Shown: positions 27,230-38,453 of the stretch, piece after piece
Position numbering within the stretch: the stretch's first letter is position 1
Layout: each line of letters opens with the position of its first letter
NCBI GenBank assembly: GCA_964478715.1
Contig: CAYZIY010000006.1
Span: forward strand, 23,186 to 87,185
DNA from: an uncultured Planctomycetales bacterium
GTDB lineage: Bacteria; Omnitrophota; Gorgyraeia; Zapsychrales; JBDRMG01
Reading direction: 5' to 3'
DNA length: 64,000 nt
The notes under the pieces: generated by a model
What the model was told of the DNA's origin: nothing
Seen by the model: only the letters and a program-made list of their open reading frames with translations
Databases searched by the model: none
Translations under genes and position numbers: made by a program

Positions 27230-27230
27230 C

Positions 27231-29438
27231 TTACTTAATAAATTTCTGCCAGGCTAAGACAAGCGGGGTCGCGATAAAGATCGTCGAATACGTACCGCTG
27301 ATGAATCCAATCATAAGACACAGAGCAAAAGTGTTAAGAACTTCGCCGCCCAGAAGATAAAGAGTGACGACCACTAAAAGAGTTGTGATGGTTGTGATGA
27401 TCGTTCGTCCTAGAGATTGATTGACACTGGCATTAAGGACTTCGCGGAAGCTGAGTTTTTTTAGCTTCAGCATATTTTCCCGTACCCGGTCATAAATAAC
27501 GATGGTGTCATTGATCGAATAACCGGCTATCGTCAAGAGAGCCGTAATAACCAAAAGATCGACTTGTCTGCCCAGAGCCACCACTAATCCCAATGTGAGG
27601 ATAACATCGTGTAAAAGGGCGATCACGCCGGCGGCCGCAAAGTCAAAGTGCTTGAAGCGGAATCCGACATAAATCAAAATTCCAAAAAGCGCAAAGACGA
27701 TGGCCAAGATCGCTTTTTCGCGCAGTAGCTTTCCAACGACAGGCCCCACTTTTTCAATACGCAGGATTTCAAAGGAGTTTTCGGGCGCCATCTTTTGAAA
27801 AACATCTTGCACTCTTTGGTATGTATCCTCTGGTGTGCGGATAATGATATTCTCCGGATTTTGATCAAAGCGCTGAATAACAGCGTCTCTCACCCCGGCT
27901 TGCTCAAGAGCGCTTCGCAGTTCTGCGGTTTCGACAGGCTGCTCAAAACGATATTCCTGAAGCTGGCCACCGGCGAAGTCTATTCCGTAGGCCTCGTCTT
28001 TCTTGGAGAAGAAAATATACATCCCGCCGATAATTAAAATCAGTGAAAGGGCATAACAAAAATATCTCTTGGCGACAAAATCGATTTTTGTGTTGCCAAA
28101 AAGTTGAAACATAGGTAGTTTTTTAAGAATTTTAGCATTGAGGAGTAATTCAAAAATGGTTCGGGTCACAACGAAAGCGGTAAAGAGACTGGCCAGCAGA
28201 CCCATGGTCAGGGTGACGGCAAATCCTTTGATGGGACCAGATCCAAATTGAAACAAAATCAGGGCGGCAATCAAGGTTGTGATATTGGAATCAAAGATAG
28301 CCCGGAAGGCTTTATGATAGCCGTTATTGATAGCCGCTCGCAAGGGTCGTCCGTTTCGGATTTCTTCGCGGATTCGTTCATTAATAAGGACATTGGCATC
28401 GACAGCCATGCCGAGAGTCAAAATAATACCGGCGATTCCGGGAAGTGTCAGGGTAACTTGAGAAGCGGGCATCATGACATTCAAAAAGCCCATCAGTCCC
28501 AGAATAATTAAAAGATTCAAAACCAGAGCGATATCTGCTACAAAACCGCTGGTCAAATAATAAAGGAGCATAAAAGCCAGGACAATGCACCCGCCTATGA
28601 GGGTAGCCTTAATGCCTGCATTGATGGAATCTTTCCCCAGAAGAGGACCGATGGTGCGTTCTTCCTCAATGCGCATGGGGGCAGGCAGGGCGCCGGAGCG
28701 AAGTGATAAAGCCAGCAAGCTTGCATCTTCGAAGGTAAACAAACCGGTGATTTCGGCCTGACCGGAGAGAATCGGTTCGCGGATATTTGGCGCCGAAATA
28801 ACCTTTCCATCGATAACAATAGCCAATTGCTTGCCCACATTTTCTTGTGTCAATTTACTGAAGGTTTTGGCTCCTTGCGAATCAAAAGACAAAGAAATTT
28901 TTGGTTCCCCAAAGCCGGATTGATTAAAATCAACACGGGCATCTTTTACATGCTCGCCTTCAAGAGTCATAGTATCTTTGATAAGAATCGGCTCTCTTTC
29001 CTTTGTTTCTCGGTCCTCGATATATTTCAAGACATATCCTTCGGGGACATCGCCCTTAAGAGCTTGTTTTAGTTTTACAGGATCTCCTACCAGCCGGAAC
29101 TCCAGTTGGGCGACTTTGCCGATAATGGCCAGGGCATTATCGCGATCAGTGACCCCCGGCAGTTGAATAATGATATCATCCTCCCCCTGTCTTTGAATCA
29201 CTGGTTCGGAAACACCCAGAGCGTCAATCCTGTTTCTGAGAATTTCCATTGCTCTTAAAACGACATCACTTCGAGCGTCATCATCCAATTTTTCTGTTTC
29301 GACTTTAACGATCAAATGCATGCCGCCTTTAAGATCCAATCCGAGATTGATCCTTTTTTCAAGTGGAAAAGTGAAGTAGATCGAAGCTAAAAGCACCCCC
29401 AGGATCAATAGGATTTTCCATTTCAGATTTTTTCCCAT
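27231..29438 (-). CDS. secDF: fused protein translocase SecDF
   Basis: LGLDLKGG, GMAVDANVLI.ERIREE, GIDFAGG, GYSINDTIVIYDRVRE. Confidence 0.96.
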   Translation of the reverse strand: MGKNLKWKILLILGVLLASIYFTFPLEKRINLGLDLKGGMHLIVKVETEKLDDDARSDVVLRAMEILRNRIDALGVSEPVIQRQGEDDIIIQLPGVTDRDNALAIIGKVAQLEFRLVGDPVKLKQALKGDVPEGYVLKYIEDRETKEREPILIKDTMTLEGEHVKDARVDFNQSGFGEPKISLSFDSQGAKTFSKLTQENVGKQLAIVIDGKVISAPNIREPILSGQAEITGLFTFEDASLLALSLRSGALPAPMRIEEERTIGPLLGKDSINAGIKATLIGGCIVLAFMLLYYLTSGFVADIALVLNLLIILGLMGFLNVMMPASQVTLTLPGIAGIILTLGMAVDANVLINERIREEIRNGRPLRAAINNGYHKAFRAIFDSNITTLIAALILFQFGSGPIKGFAVTLTMGLLASLFTAFVVTRTIFELLLNAKILKKLPMFQLFGNTKIDFVAKRYFCYALSLILIIGGMYIFFSKKDEAYGIDFAGGQLQEYRFEQPVETAELRSALEQAGVRDAVIQRFDQNPENIIIRTPEDTYQRVQDVFQKMAPENSFEILRIEKVGPVVGKLLREKAILAIVFALFGILIYVGFRFKHFDFAAAGVIALLHDVILTLGLVVALGRQVDLLVITALLTIAGYSINDTIVIYDRVRENMLKLKKLSFREVLNASVNQSLGRTIITTITTLLVVVTLYLLGGEVLNTFALCLMIGFISGTYSTIFIATPLVLAWQKFIK

Positions 29439-29452
29439 AAAGCGAAGCTCCT

Positions 29453-29740
29453 TTACTCTTCTTTTGGCTTTGTTTTGACTGTACTGACGGCTTCTTTATC
29501 AAGTTCTATTTTTACATTATCGTCAAAGCGGGCGATAATCGTTTTGTCTTTGACATTGACGACTGTTCCGTGTAGGCCGCCGGCCGTTATGATTTCATCG
29601 TTTTTCTTTATGTTCTCAACCATGTCTTTGTGCTGTTTTTGCTTATCTTTTTGAGGTTTAATAATAAAAAAATAAAAAATTATAAAGATAAGTAAAAATT
29701 GAAACAAAACCATGGGATTTATTCCTTGTTCACCAGTCAT
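29453..29740 (-). CDS. yajC: preprotein translocase subunit YajC
   Basis: FYFFIIKPQ, DEIITAGGLHG; upstream of secDF. Confidence 0.95.
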   Translation of the reverse strand: MTGEQGINPMVLFQFLLIFIIFYFFIIKPQKDKQKQHKDMVENIKKNDEIITAGGLHGTVVNVKDKTIIARFDDNVKIELDKEAVSTVKTKPKEE

Positions 29741-29778
29741 AGGAAAATGATCCTTTCGTTAGAAGTTATCGAAATCAA

Positions 29779-30030
29779 TTAGGATTTCTTTTTCGTTTTC
29801 TTTACCAAACTGCGGACCGTTTCGGTCATTTGAGCGCCGCGCTGAATCCATTTATCGATTTTGTCATGATCGACATGGATCAAGGCGGGATTTTGGGCCG
29901 GATCGTAGTAACCTAAAATTTCCAGCACCCGTCCTTCACGAGGCGCTTTTCGGCTAATTGCAACGATCCGACTGTTGTGTCTTTTTTTTGCTGATTTCCC
30001 TGCTTTTTGCAAGCGAATACGGACTTCCAT
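29779..30030 (-). CDS. rpsP: 30S ribosomal protein S16
   Basis: VRIRL, PREGRVLEILGYYDP, GAQMTETVRSL. Confidence 0.96.
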   Translation of the reverse strand: MEVRIRLQKAGKSAKKRHNSRIVAISRKAPREGRVLEILGYYDPAQNPALIHVDHDKIDKWIQRGAQMTETVRSLVKKTKKKS

Positions 30031-30047
30031 CTGTGAGCATCCTTTCT

Positions 30048-31568
30048 TTAATCAATGTGGTTGCTGGCAAGTTCAATGGCTTTGACTTGCGCTTTGGCTT
30101 TGTTAATGGTTTCCTGAAATTCTTTGCGCGGATGGGAATCTGCCACGATTCCTGCGCCCGCCTGTATATAGGCCTTCTTCTTATCCATGATAATGGTTCT
30201 GATGGTGATACAGGTATCGGAATTCCCATAAAAATCAAAATAACCGACGCAACCGGCATAGGGACCGCGGGTATGAGGTTCAAGATTTTCTATAATTTTC
30301 ATAGCCCGGATTTTGGGCGCGCCCGATACAGTCCCGGCCGGAAAAGAAGCCTGAATAACATCAAAATAGTCTTGTCCAGGCTTAAGCTCCCCGCGGACAT
30401 TACTGACGATGTGCATGACATGGGAATATTTCTCAATATTCATAAATTCGCTGACATGAACACTGCCTTTTTTACAAACCCGACCGAGGTCATTCCGACC
30501 CAGATCAACAAGCATGATATGCTCGGCCTTCTCTTTGGGATCTTTAAGTAAATCTTTGGCTAACTGCTGGTCTTTTTTTTCATCCATTCCCCGGGGTCTG
30601 GTTCCGGCAATCGGGCGCGTTTCAACGTTTCCATTTTCGACTCGGACCAGCATTTCGGGTGATGAACCGGCGATATGCAATCCGTCAAAATTGAGATAAA
30701 ACATGTAAGGCGAAGGATTGACGGATCTAAGAGCCCGGTAGACATTTAAAGGGTCCGTTGCTAATTTCACATGGAATCTCTGGGAGAGAACTGTTTGGAT
30801 AATGTCACCGGCACGGATATTTCTTTTAGCGCTTTGCACGATCGATTCAAAGCGCTTTTGACTCATATTTGAGCGAACCTTGATTCTTGATCTCAATCGA
30901 GGTCTTTTCCTATTGATGGACTGGCTATTAATTGAGGTCTTAAGTTCCTTAATGATTTGATTGATTTTACGTATGGCCTGGTGATAGGCTTTGATTTTAG
31001 AGAGCTTTGATCCATCTGGATTGACAGTTGCGCAAGAAACGACTTTAATCTTGTGAGCGAGGTGATCAAAAATGATCAACTGTTTGGCCAGGATAAATAC
31101 CATGTCAGGTAAATTCAAATCGTCTTTTGCTTGAGACGGAATTTTTTCAAAGAAACGGACAATGTCATAGCTCATAAAGCCGACCAGGCCGCCGCAAAAA
31201 CGCGGCAGGCCTTCGACCGCGACAGGACGATATTGTGCCATGAGCTCTCTGAGAAATTCCAATGGTGTATCAAAGATATTCATGAAGTTTTCGGTCTTTT
31301 TTGATTGATGATATCGAATGATTCGGGCTTTGCGTCCTTTGCTGGAAAAAACGAGCTCCGGATCTTTGGCTAAGAAAGAATATCGGGCTACTTTTTCTTC
31401 CCCCTCAACAGACTCCAGAAGAAAAGAATATTTTGACTTTTTAGTCAATTTCAAATACGCGGAAACCGGAGTTTCCGTATCTCCCAGAAATTCCCTGAAG
31501 ACAGGAACTAGATTTCCTTTCTTGGATAATGACAGAAATTGTTTTTGTGATGGTATAGCTTGGTTCAT
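30048..31568 (-). CDS. trpE: anthranilate synthase component I
   Basis: [47 protein letters not shown]. Start overlaps the hisI stop (ATGA). Confidence 0.92.
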   Translation of the reverse strand: MNQAIPSQKQFLSLSKKGNLVPVFREFLGDTETPVSAYLKLTKKSKYSFLLESVEGEEKVARYSFLAKDPELVFSSKGRKARIIRYHQSKKTENFMNIFDTPLEFLRELMAQYRPVAVEGLPRFCGGLVGFMSYDIVRFFEKIPSQAKDDLNLPDMVFILAKQLIIFDHLAHKIKVVSCATVNPDGSKLSKIKAYHQAIRKINQIIKELKTSINSQSINRKRPRLRSRIKVRSNMSQKRFESIVQSAKRNIRAGDIIQTVLSQRFHVKLATDPLNVYRALRSVNPSPYMFYLNFDGLHIAGSSPEMLVRVENGNVETRPIAGTRPRGMDEKKDQQLAKDLLKDPKEKAEHIMLVDLGRNDLGRVCKKGSVHVSEFMNIEKYSHVMHIVSNVRGELKPGQDYFDVIQASFPAGTVSGAPKIRAMKIIENLEPHTRGPYAGCVGYFDFYGNSDTCITIRTIIMDKKKAYIQAGAGIVADSHPRKEFQETINKAKAQVKAIELASNHID

Positions 31569-31915
31569 AGCTGAATTCTTCGATAAAAACATGTCTTACG
31601 TCCCGTGTGGCAGGCGCCTCCAATCTGACGGACTTTTATGAGCAGGCAGTCGCAATCGCAATCATAGGAGATGCTTTTGACAAACTGAAAATGACCGCTG
31701 GTCATCCCCTTGACCCAGAATTCTTTACGGGAACGCGACCAGAAGCATGTTTTCTTTATTTTGAGAGTTTTCTTCAAGGATTCAAGGTTCATGAAAGCCA
31801 TCATCAAAACTTCTTTACTGCGATAATCTTGGACAATAGACGGAATAAGCCCCTCTTTGTTAAATTTTAATTTTTTTAGATTTCGCTTTGTGATTTTGAT
31901 TGTACCGGGATTCAT
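31565..31915 (-). CDS. hisI: phosphoribosyl-AMP cyclohydrolase
   Basis: FWSRSR, KGMTSG, DCDCD, ACHTG..TCF. Confidence 0.95.
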   Translation of the reverse strand: MNPGTIKITKRNLKKLKFNKEGLIPSIVQDYRSKEVLMMAFMNLESLKKTLKIKKTCFWSRSRKEFWVKGMTSGHFQFVKSISYDCDCDCLLIKVRQIGGACHTGRKTCFYRRIQL

Positions 31916-32670
31916 CAGATGCGTGTCCTTATTTTATTTTTGTTTAAGTAATTTTTCATTTCTTCAATGGGTATTTCATTGTAATGAAAAACAGATGCGG
32001 CTAAAGCGGCATCAGCCCCTGTTTGCTTAAAGACATTGACAAAATCTTCCTTTGTTCCTGCCCCGCCCGACGCAATAACAGGAATATTCACCGCTTTACA
32101 GACAGCCTGCGTCAAAGCGAGATCATAACCGTTCTTTGTGCCGTCAAAATCCATGCTGGTCAAGAGGATTTCTCCGGCCCCGCGCTCCTGCGCTTCTTTA
32201 GCCCAGGACACGGCCTCTTTTTCGGTTTGCGTGCGCCCTCCGTGAATAAAAACCTTCCAGTTATCATTACACTTTTTAGCATCAATGGCCACCACAATGC
32301 ATTGACTTCCAAAAAGTTGAGCCGCTTCTATAATTAAATCCGGATTCAAAACAGCGGATGTGTTGATGGAAACTTTATCAGCTCCCGCATTCAGCAGGTT
32401 TCTGATATCGTCTACATTATTGATGCCCCCTCCCACGGTTAAGGGCATAAATACCTGTTCCGCCGTATTTTTGACAACCTCAATAATAATTTTGCGATTT
32501 TCGTGACTGGCTGTGATATCCAGAAAAACAATTTCGTCGGCATGTTGGCGGTCGTATGCTTTGGCCACTTCTACTGGATTGCCGGCATCGCGCAGATTGA
32601 TGAAATTAATACCTTTAACCACGCGGCCGTCTTTAACATCCAGGCAGGGTATTATCCTTTTTGTGAGCAT
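31915..32670 (-). CDS. hisF: imidazole glycerol phosphate synthase cyclase subunit
   Basis: [27 protein letters not shown]. Confidence 0.98.
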   Translation of the reverse strand: MLTKRIIPCLDVKDGRVVKGINFINLRDAGNPVEVAKAYDRQHADEIVFLDITASHENRKIIIEVVKNTAEQVFMPLTVGGGINNVDDIRNLLNAGADKVSINTSAVLNPDLIIEAAQLFGSQCIVVAIDAKKCNDNWKVFIHGGRTQTEKEAVSWAKEAQERGAGEILLTSMDFDGTKNGYDLALTQAVCKAVNIPVIASGGAGTKEDFVNVFKQTGADAALAASVFHYNEIPIEEMKNYLNKNKIRTRI

Positions 32671-33383
32671 AATTCGATTACATCCCGCAAGAAAACTTTT
32701 CGTTCATAAAGAGCTTTACCGATGATCATGCCACTTAAGCCCTCAGCTTCAATTTTTTTTAGATCCATTATGTCTTTAAGGCTGCTCACGCCGCCTGAGG
32801 CAATGACCGAGACGGATACGGCTTGAAGGATTTGCTTGATTCCTTCAATATTGGGCCCCCTGAGAGTTCCATCACGGGTTATATCTGTATAAACAAGGGT
32901 TTTAAGTCCCATTTGCTCCAGTTCTTTGACGAAATCGACGGCATCAATATTCGAAATACTGGTCCATCCGCGGGTCGTAATCTTGCCCCGCATGCAATCG
33001 ATGCTTACGGCAATGCGGTCACTCCATAGATTCAGGATTTCTTGAAGGCAGAGACGGTTTTCGATCACCCTTGTTCCCAAAATCACTCTCTTAACACCCA
33101 TATCGATCAGCTTGGCAATGTCATCATTTTCGCGAATCCCTCCTCCAACTTCGATAGGGATATCAATTTCATTCATAATTTTTTCAATGATTTCGCCGTT
33201 TTCCATCTTGCCTTTTTCAGCTCCGTCCAAATCGACAATATGCAGCATCTGAGCACCAGCCTCAGCCCAATCTTTAGCAATCTGAAGAGGCCGATCGCTG
33301 TATATGGTTATTTCCTGGAATTTTCCCTGGGAAAGGCGCACCACTTTTCCCCCGCGGAGATCAATCGCTGGTATGACAATCAT
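32652..33383 (-). CDS. hisA: ProFAR isomerase
   Basis: [33 protein letters not shown]. Confidence 0.97.
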   Translation of the reverse strand: MIVIPAIDLRGGKVVRLSQGKFQEITIYSDRPLQIAKDWAEAGAQMLHIVDLDGAEKGKMENGEIIEKIMNEIDIPIEVGGGIRENDDIAKLIDMGVKRVILGTRVIENRLCLQEILNLWSDRIAVSIDCMRGKITTRGWTSISNIDAVDFVKELEQMGLKTLVYTDITRDGTLRGPNIEGIKQILQAVSVSVIASGGVSSLKDIMDLKKIEAEGLSGMIIGKALYERKVFLRDVIELCSQKG

Positions 33384-33384
33384 C

Positions 33385-33990
33385 TTATCCTCTCTCGATA
33401 AAATTTTTAATGATCGCTAGTCCTAATTCCTGACTCTTTTCCGGATGGAACTGAACTCCGTACAGATTTTGGTGCCAAATGCTGGATGTGAAATCATTTC
33501 CGTAATCAGTTATGGTTGCTGAGATTTCCGTATCTTGGGGCTCAACGTAAAAAGAGTGACAAAAATAAGCATAGGAATTATTTTCCACTCCGTCATAAAG
33601 CGGACATTCGCTTTTTTTGATATTTAGATTATTCCATCCCATATGAGGGATCTTAAGATCATGATTAAAGCGGACCACCCGGCCTTTAATAATCCCCAAG
33701 CCCTCGACACCGCCACTCTCATCACCTTTTTCAAATAACAGTTGGAGACCCAGGCAGATACCCAAAAACGGTTTACCTTCAGTAATGGCTTTTTCGATCG
33801 CCCCGATTAAGTTAAGGGATTGGAGTTTCTCCATGGCTGGTTTCATAGCTCCCACGCCGGGTAGGACAATCCTATCTGCTTTTTCAAGGTCTGATTTATT
33901 TTGTGTAATATAAGTTTTTTCCCCCATTTTTTCAAAGGCTTTTTGGACACTTCTCAAATTTCCGGAATCATAATCGATGATGGCAATCAT
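33385..33990 (-). CDS. hisH: imidazole glycerol phosphate synthase glutaminase subunit
   Basis: LPGVGA, GICLGLQ, PHMGWN, QFHPEKS. Confidence 0.97.
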   Translation of the reverse strand: MIAIIDYDSGNLRSVQKAFEKMGEKTYITQNKSDLEKADRIVLPGVGAMKPAMEKLQSLNLIGAIEKAITEGKPFLGICLGLQLLFEKGDESGGVEGLGIIKGRVVRFNHDLKIPHMGWNNLNIKKSECPLYDGVENNSYAYFCHSFYVEPQDTEISATITDYGNDFTSSIWHQNLYGVQFHPEKSQELGLAIIKNFIERG

Positions 33991-34601
33991 TAATCGATGA
34001 TTCCCTTTGTTGAAGGGATTCCTTTACGGCGCGGATCAATCTGTGTGGCTTGATCCAGGGCCAAACCCAAAGATTTGAAGATCGCTTCAAGATTAGTATG
34101 CAGATCATTGCTGATATTGGTGACCTCTACATTGATATTGGCTCCCAGGCTATGGGCCAAAGATTCCAGGAAATGCTCCAGATATTTAAAGGCGTATCCT
34201 TCGGGATCGCTGGCTGCCTCCAGTTGACCTCCCCGCTGGTTGATTGACAGATAGCCGCGTCCGCTGATATCGATAACTGTCCGAGCCACAGTGGCTTCCA
34301 TCAGAGCGCAAGCACACCCGAATCGGCGGATGCCGGTCTTTTCATCGAGGGCTTTTTTAAATATTTTGCCCAAGACAATACCGATATCTTCATTGACGTG
34401 ATGAATATCTACATTGGTATCAGCTTTTTTGACAGTCAAATCTAAGTTAAAAAGGCCATGAAAAGCAAAGAGCTCCAGCATATGGCTTAAAATCCCTATG
34501 GGGGTTTTGATTTTTGTTGATCCTTCTCCGTCAATATTTAATTGAGCGCTGATTTCTGTTTCTTTACTGTTTCGTTCTAAAGATGCGGTTCGTTTTTTCA
34601 T
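33990..34601 (-). CDS. hisB: imidazoleglycerol-phosphate dehydratase (divergent)
   Basis: R.SKETEI, HMLE, DIHHVNED, DISGR, PSTKG; position in the his operon. Confidence 0.9.
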   Translation of the reverse strand: MKKRTASLERNSKETEISAQLNIDGEGSTKIKTPIGILSHMLELFAFHGLFNLDLTVKKADTNVDIHHVNEDIGIVLGKIFKKALDEKTGIRRFGCACALMEATVARTVIDISGRGYLSINQRGGQLEAASDPEGYAFKYLEHFLESLAHSLGANINVEVTNISNDLHTNLEAIFKSLGLALDQATQIDPRRKGIPSTKGIID

Positions 34602-34617
34602 GGTGATTGCTCCCCTA

Positions 34618-35841
34618 TTATTCAAAACGGATATTGACCGATTCGTAGTGCTTGGTCAATCCCTCAAGCTTGGCAATTTTCTCTAAAGGCTCTCGCGCTT
34701 TTTCCAGAGCCTTTTTGGAATAAGAGATGATATGGCTGGTTTTTGTAAAATCAGAGATGCATAACCCGCTAAAAAATTTAGCCGTGCCCAGCGTCGGCAG
34801 CACATGACTGGGCCCGGCGACATAATCACCAACGGCAATCGGGCTGTATGGACCAAGAAAAATAGCACCGGCATGAGAGATTTTATTAGCAACGGCCGCA
34901 GGATTATTGGTTAAAATTCCTAGATGCTCTGGAGCGATACGGTTGGCGATTTCGATCGCTTCATTAATGTTCTTAGCATAGACCATGTAGCCTTTAGGAA
35001 CTTTGCTTTTAACCTGTCGCATTAATTTTCTGGATGTGGTGATCAAGATCGCCAAACCGCCTAAATGTTCAGCTTGGGCTTCAAGATCCGCCACCACATA
35101 ATCGGGATTACTGTGACGATTGGCTATGACAGCCAATTCCGAAGGTCCGGCCAGCATATCAATATCGGCAAATCCGAAGATTTGACGTTTGGCTTCGGTA
35201 ACATACATATTCCCCGGGCCGATGATTTTGTCAACCGGAGGGATTGTTTTTGTTCCAAAAGCTAGGGCGGCGATAGCTTGCGCTCCGCCGATGCGATAAA
35301 TTTCGTTAACTTTTAACAAATTAGCGACCGCCAGAATATGAGGATTGACGTGTCCCTGGCGATCAGGCGGAGTGACTAGAGCGATTCGCTTAACACCAGC
35401 TACCTTGGCCGGGATCACAGTCATGTAAACTGAGGAGACGAGCGGAGCCGTTCCGGCCGGCACATACACCCCGACCGATTCCAAAGGTTGAATGCGTTCT
35501 TTTAGAAGAACACCGTCCTGGCTATTAACGCGGCATGGTTTCTTGCATTGTTTTTTGTAAAAGAGCGTGACATTATTGATGATCATTTTAAGCGTTGCAA
35601 TAAATTCACTGTCGATATTCTGAAATGCCCCGCTGATTTCATTTTCGGCCACTCGAATCTGACGGGAATTGATTTTTGCTTTGTCAAAAAGCTTGGTGTA
35701 TTTGACAATGGCCTCATCTCCGTTTTGACAAACGTCATCGAGGATTCTTTTGACTTTTTCTTCGATATGTTTCTTACGGCTGAACCGATTTCGATTATAG
35801 AGTTTCAGAAGATTTTGTCCGGTTGTTTTGAGTGTTCTCAT
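34618..35841 (-). CDS. hisD: histidinol dehydrogenase
   Basis: GGAQAIAALAFGT, GPGN.YV, DMLAGPSE, QAEH, APEHL, GPSHVLPT. Confidence 0.96.
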   Translation of the reverse strand: MRTLKTTGQNLLKLYNRNRFSRKKHIEEKVKRILDDVCQNGDEAIVKYTKLFDKAKINSRQIRVAENEISGAFQNIDSEFIATLKMIINNVTLFYKKQCKKPCRVNSQDGVLLKERIQPLESVGVYVPAGTAPLVSSVYMTVIPAKVAGVKRIALVTPPDRQGHVNPHILAVANLLKVNEIYRIGGAQAIAALAFGTKTIPPVDKIIGPGNMYVTEAKRQIFGFADIDMLAGPSELAVIANRHSNPDYVVADLEAQAEHLGGLAILITTSRKLMRQVKSKVPKGYMVYAKNINEAIEIANRIAPEHLGILTNNPAAVANKISHAGAIFLGPYSPIAVGDYVAGPSHVLPTLGTAKFFSGLCISDFTKTSHIISYSKKALEKAREPLEKIAKLEGLTKHYESVNIRFE

Positions 35842-38453
35842 GATGTTAATTGCCCCTTGATGATTTGTACGGCTTCTTTGATTGCTTTGTCCAAATAGGT
35901 GTGGTTTTTACTGCCCGCCTGGGCCATTTGAGCACGGCCGCCCCCGCTGCCTTGGATAATCGGCGAAACATCTTTGATAATTTGATCGGCCTTGATATCT
36001 TTTTTAATAAGATCACCGGAAACAGTCACTAATAAGTAAGCATTATTTTCGATGTGCGAACCGAGTATAACGGCTGCGGACTTCTTTTTACTCTTAATTA
36101 AATCGCAGATTTGTCTCAAGAGGCCCGTAGAAAAATTTTTAAAAATATGACTGACAATAACTGTCTGACCCACCTTTTCAGCTTTATTAATGATCTGTTC
36201 GAGATCCGACTTGATCAAATCCAGCTGAATTTTTTCAAACTCTTTACTCATGTCCTTTATTTTTTTTGCCTGAGTTTTAATACGATCAACGATTTCAGAC
36301 TGAGGAGATTTCAGTAGATAGCCGATTTCTTCGAGCAGCTGCTGTTGGCTTAAAACTATTTCAAAAGCGCCTGCTCCGGTTTTAGCTTCAATTCGCCGTA
36401 TTCCCTGAGCGATGGCGGTTTCGCTGATGATTTTAAAAAGACCGATTTGGGCGATCGAATCGATATGAGTGCCTCCGCAGAGCTCCAGGGAGATATCTCC
36501 TATAGAAATCATCGTCACTTTTTGTCCGTATTTCTCGGCAAAGAAAGCCAGAGCGCCGCGTTTCTTCGCTTCATCCAGAGTAAGTGCCTCCTTTTTGACA
36601 TCCAGGCTGGAGAGAATATACTGATTTACCGTTTTTTCAATTTTTGTGATTTCCTGCCGGCTCAATCCTTTCGGGTGCGAAAAATCAAAACGAAGCCGGT
36701 CGTCGGTTACTAAAGAACCTTGTTGCCTGATATGTTTTCCTAAAACGCTGCGCAAAGCGGCTTGCAGTAGGTGCGTGGCTGTGTGATTGCGCATGATATT
36801 AATTCGCCTTTGACTGTTGATTTGCGACTGAATGGTCTCGCCTTTTTCAAAACAGCCTTTTTTTACAGAACCCAAATGGATAAAAATGTCAGCGATTTTT
36901 TGGGTATCCTCGATTTGAATTTCATTTTCGTTTGCGCTGATAAGGCCGGTATCCCCTATCTGGCCCCCGGATTCTGCATAAAAAGGGGTTTGATCCAAAA
37001 TCACTTTCACTTCATCGCCTTGAGCGACGCTTTCAACTTCCTGGGTTCCTTTAAAAATTTTAAGGATTTTTCCGGCGGTCTTGTATTGCGTTGTTCCAAG
37101 GAATTTTGTTTTCGGCAAATCAAGATCCATGCCCAGATTCGTGAAAACATCGCCGGTCATCTTGCTTGATAAACGTGAGCGCGTTTTCTGGTCTTCCATC
37201 AGGCGGTTAAATTCGTCGATTCCTTTTTCAATTTCTTTAGGATCGATATCGAGTGACTGAGCGGTCTTGATGATTGTCGGCAAAGTAAGACCGTAAGTGT
37301 CACGATAATTGAAAAAGATCTCCCCTAAATCCTGACCGTTTTCAATGTGCTGTTTAAGTTCTGGGATACGATCTTTGCGGATGCGAAAATAAGCCTCTTC
37401 GCTTCTTTGAACAGCTTGGGTGATTTCATCACATTTTTCCGTCAATTCGGGATAAGGCTCTTTCATGACATCAACCACAGCAGGAACTATTTTATGAATA
37501 ACGGCTGATTGGGCTCCGGCATTAGCGGCCAGATCGCAGGTATCAACGATCAGGCGCTTGATAACATATCCCCGGTTTTCGTTTGAGGGAATTACTCCAT
37601 CGCAGATTCCAAAGACAACCGCGCGGATGTGATCGGCAATCAGATATTCCTGCTGTTGATCTAAAGAACCAATTTCCTTTCGGATGGCTTGACGAATCCG
37701 GACAAACAGATCAATATCAAAATTATTGGTCTTTCGCTGCATGATACAGGCCAGGCGCTCTAATCCCATGCCGGTATCGATGTTTTTATTGGGCAAAGGT
37801 TCAAGCCTTCCGCTCTCCATCCGGTTATATTGAGTGAAAACAAGATTCCAGATTTCGCTGAAACGTCCGCAGTCGCAGGCCGGTGAGCATTCTTTTTTCC
37901 CGCAGCCGACATCTGTTCCAAAATCATAAAATATCTCAGAACAGGGACCGCAGGGGCCATTGGGTCCTTTGGTTTTCGCTTCGGCTGGCCAGAAATTGCT
38001 CTTGTCGCCGAGCTTGACAAGTTTTTCTTCGGGAATATGGATTTCGTTTAACCAAATATGTTCCGCTTCCGCGTCATCTTCATAAACGGAAACCCACAAT
38101 TTTTCTTTGGGGAGATTCAGCTCCTCGGTCAGAAATGCCCAGGCCCAGGCAATCGCTTCCTTCTTGAAATAATCGCCGAAGGAAAAATTGCCCAGCATCT
38201 CAAAAAATGTATGATGAAAAGCGGTATGACCGACCTCTCCTAGATCATCGGTGCGCAGGCATTTTTGAGATGAAGCTGCTTTTGTATATTCGTCGATTTG
38301 GCCGAGAAACTGTTTTTTAAATTGCTGCATACCGGCCGTTGTAAAGAGGACGGTGGGGTCATCTTTGGGGACCAGCGAGTCGCTTTCAACAATGGTGTGG
38401 CCGCGGTGTTTAAAAAAATCGAGAAATTTTTGACGGATTTCGTTAATTGTCAT
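35838..38453 (-). CDS. alaS: alanine--tRNA ligase
   Basis: HHTFFEMLGNFSFGDYFK, DTGMGLER, NHTATHLL, ELCGGTH, GGGRAQMAQAG. Confidence 0.98.
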   Translation of the reverse strand: MTINEIRQKFLDFFKHRGHTIVESDSLVPKDDPTVLFTTAGMQQFKKQFLGQIDEYTKAASSQKCLRTDDLGEVGHTAFHHTFFEMLGNFSFGDYFKKEAIAWAWAFLTEELNLPKEKLWVSVYEDDAEAEHIWLNEIHIPEEKLVKLGDKSNFWPAEAKTKGPNGPCGPCSEIFYDFGTDVGCGKKECSPACDCGRFSEIWNLVFTQYNRMESGRLEPLPNKNIDTGMGLERLACIMQRKTNNFDIDLFVRIRQAIRKEIGSLDQQQEYLIADHIRAVVFGICDGVIPSNENRGYVIKRLIVDTCDLAANAGAQSAVIHKIVPAVVDVMKEPYPELTEKCDEITQAVQRSEEAYFRIRKDRIPELKQHIENGQDLGEIFFNYRDTYGLTLPTIIKTAQSLDIDPKEIEKGIDEFNRLMEDQKTRSRLSSKMTGDVFTNLGMDLDLPKTKFLGTTQYKTAGKILKIFKGTQEVESVAQGDEVKVILDQTPFYAESGGQIGDTGLISANENEIQIEDTQKIADIFIHLGSVKKGCFEKGETIQSQINSQRRINIMRNHTATHLLQAALRSVLGKHIRQQGSLVTDDRLRFDFSHPKGLSRQEITKIEKTVNQYILSSLDVKKEALTLDEAKKRGALAFFAEKYGQKVTMISIGDISLELCGGTHIDSIAQIGLFKIISETAIAQGIRRIEAKTGAGAFEIVLSQQQLLEEIGYLLKSPQSEIVDRIKTQAKKIKDMSKEFEKIQLDLIKSDLEQIINKAEKVGQTVIVSHIFKNFSTGLLRQICDLIKSKKKSAAVILGSHIENNAYLLVTVSGDLIKKDIKADQIIKDVSPIIQGSGGGRAQMAQAGSKNHTYLDKAIKEAVQIIKGQLTS

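Noticed and set aside
29958-30551. 197-aa plus-strand ORF and the many other short antisense or alternate-frame ORFs in the track
   Set aside because: They are shadows of well-conserved genes on the other strand or frame, with no motifs or SD support.
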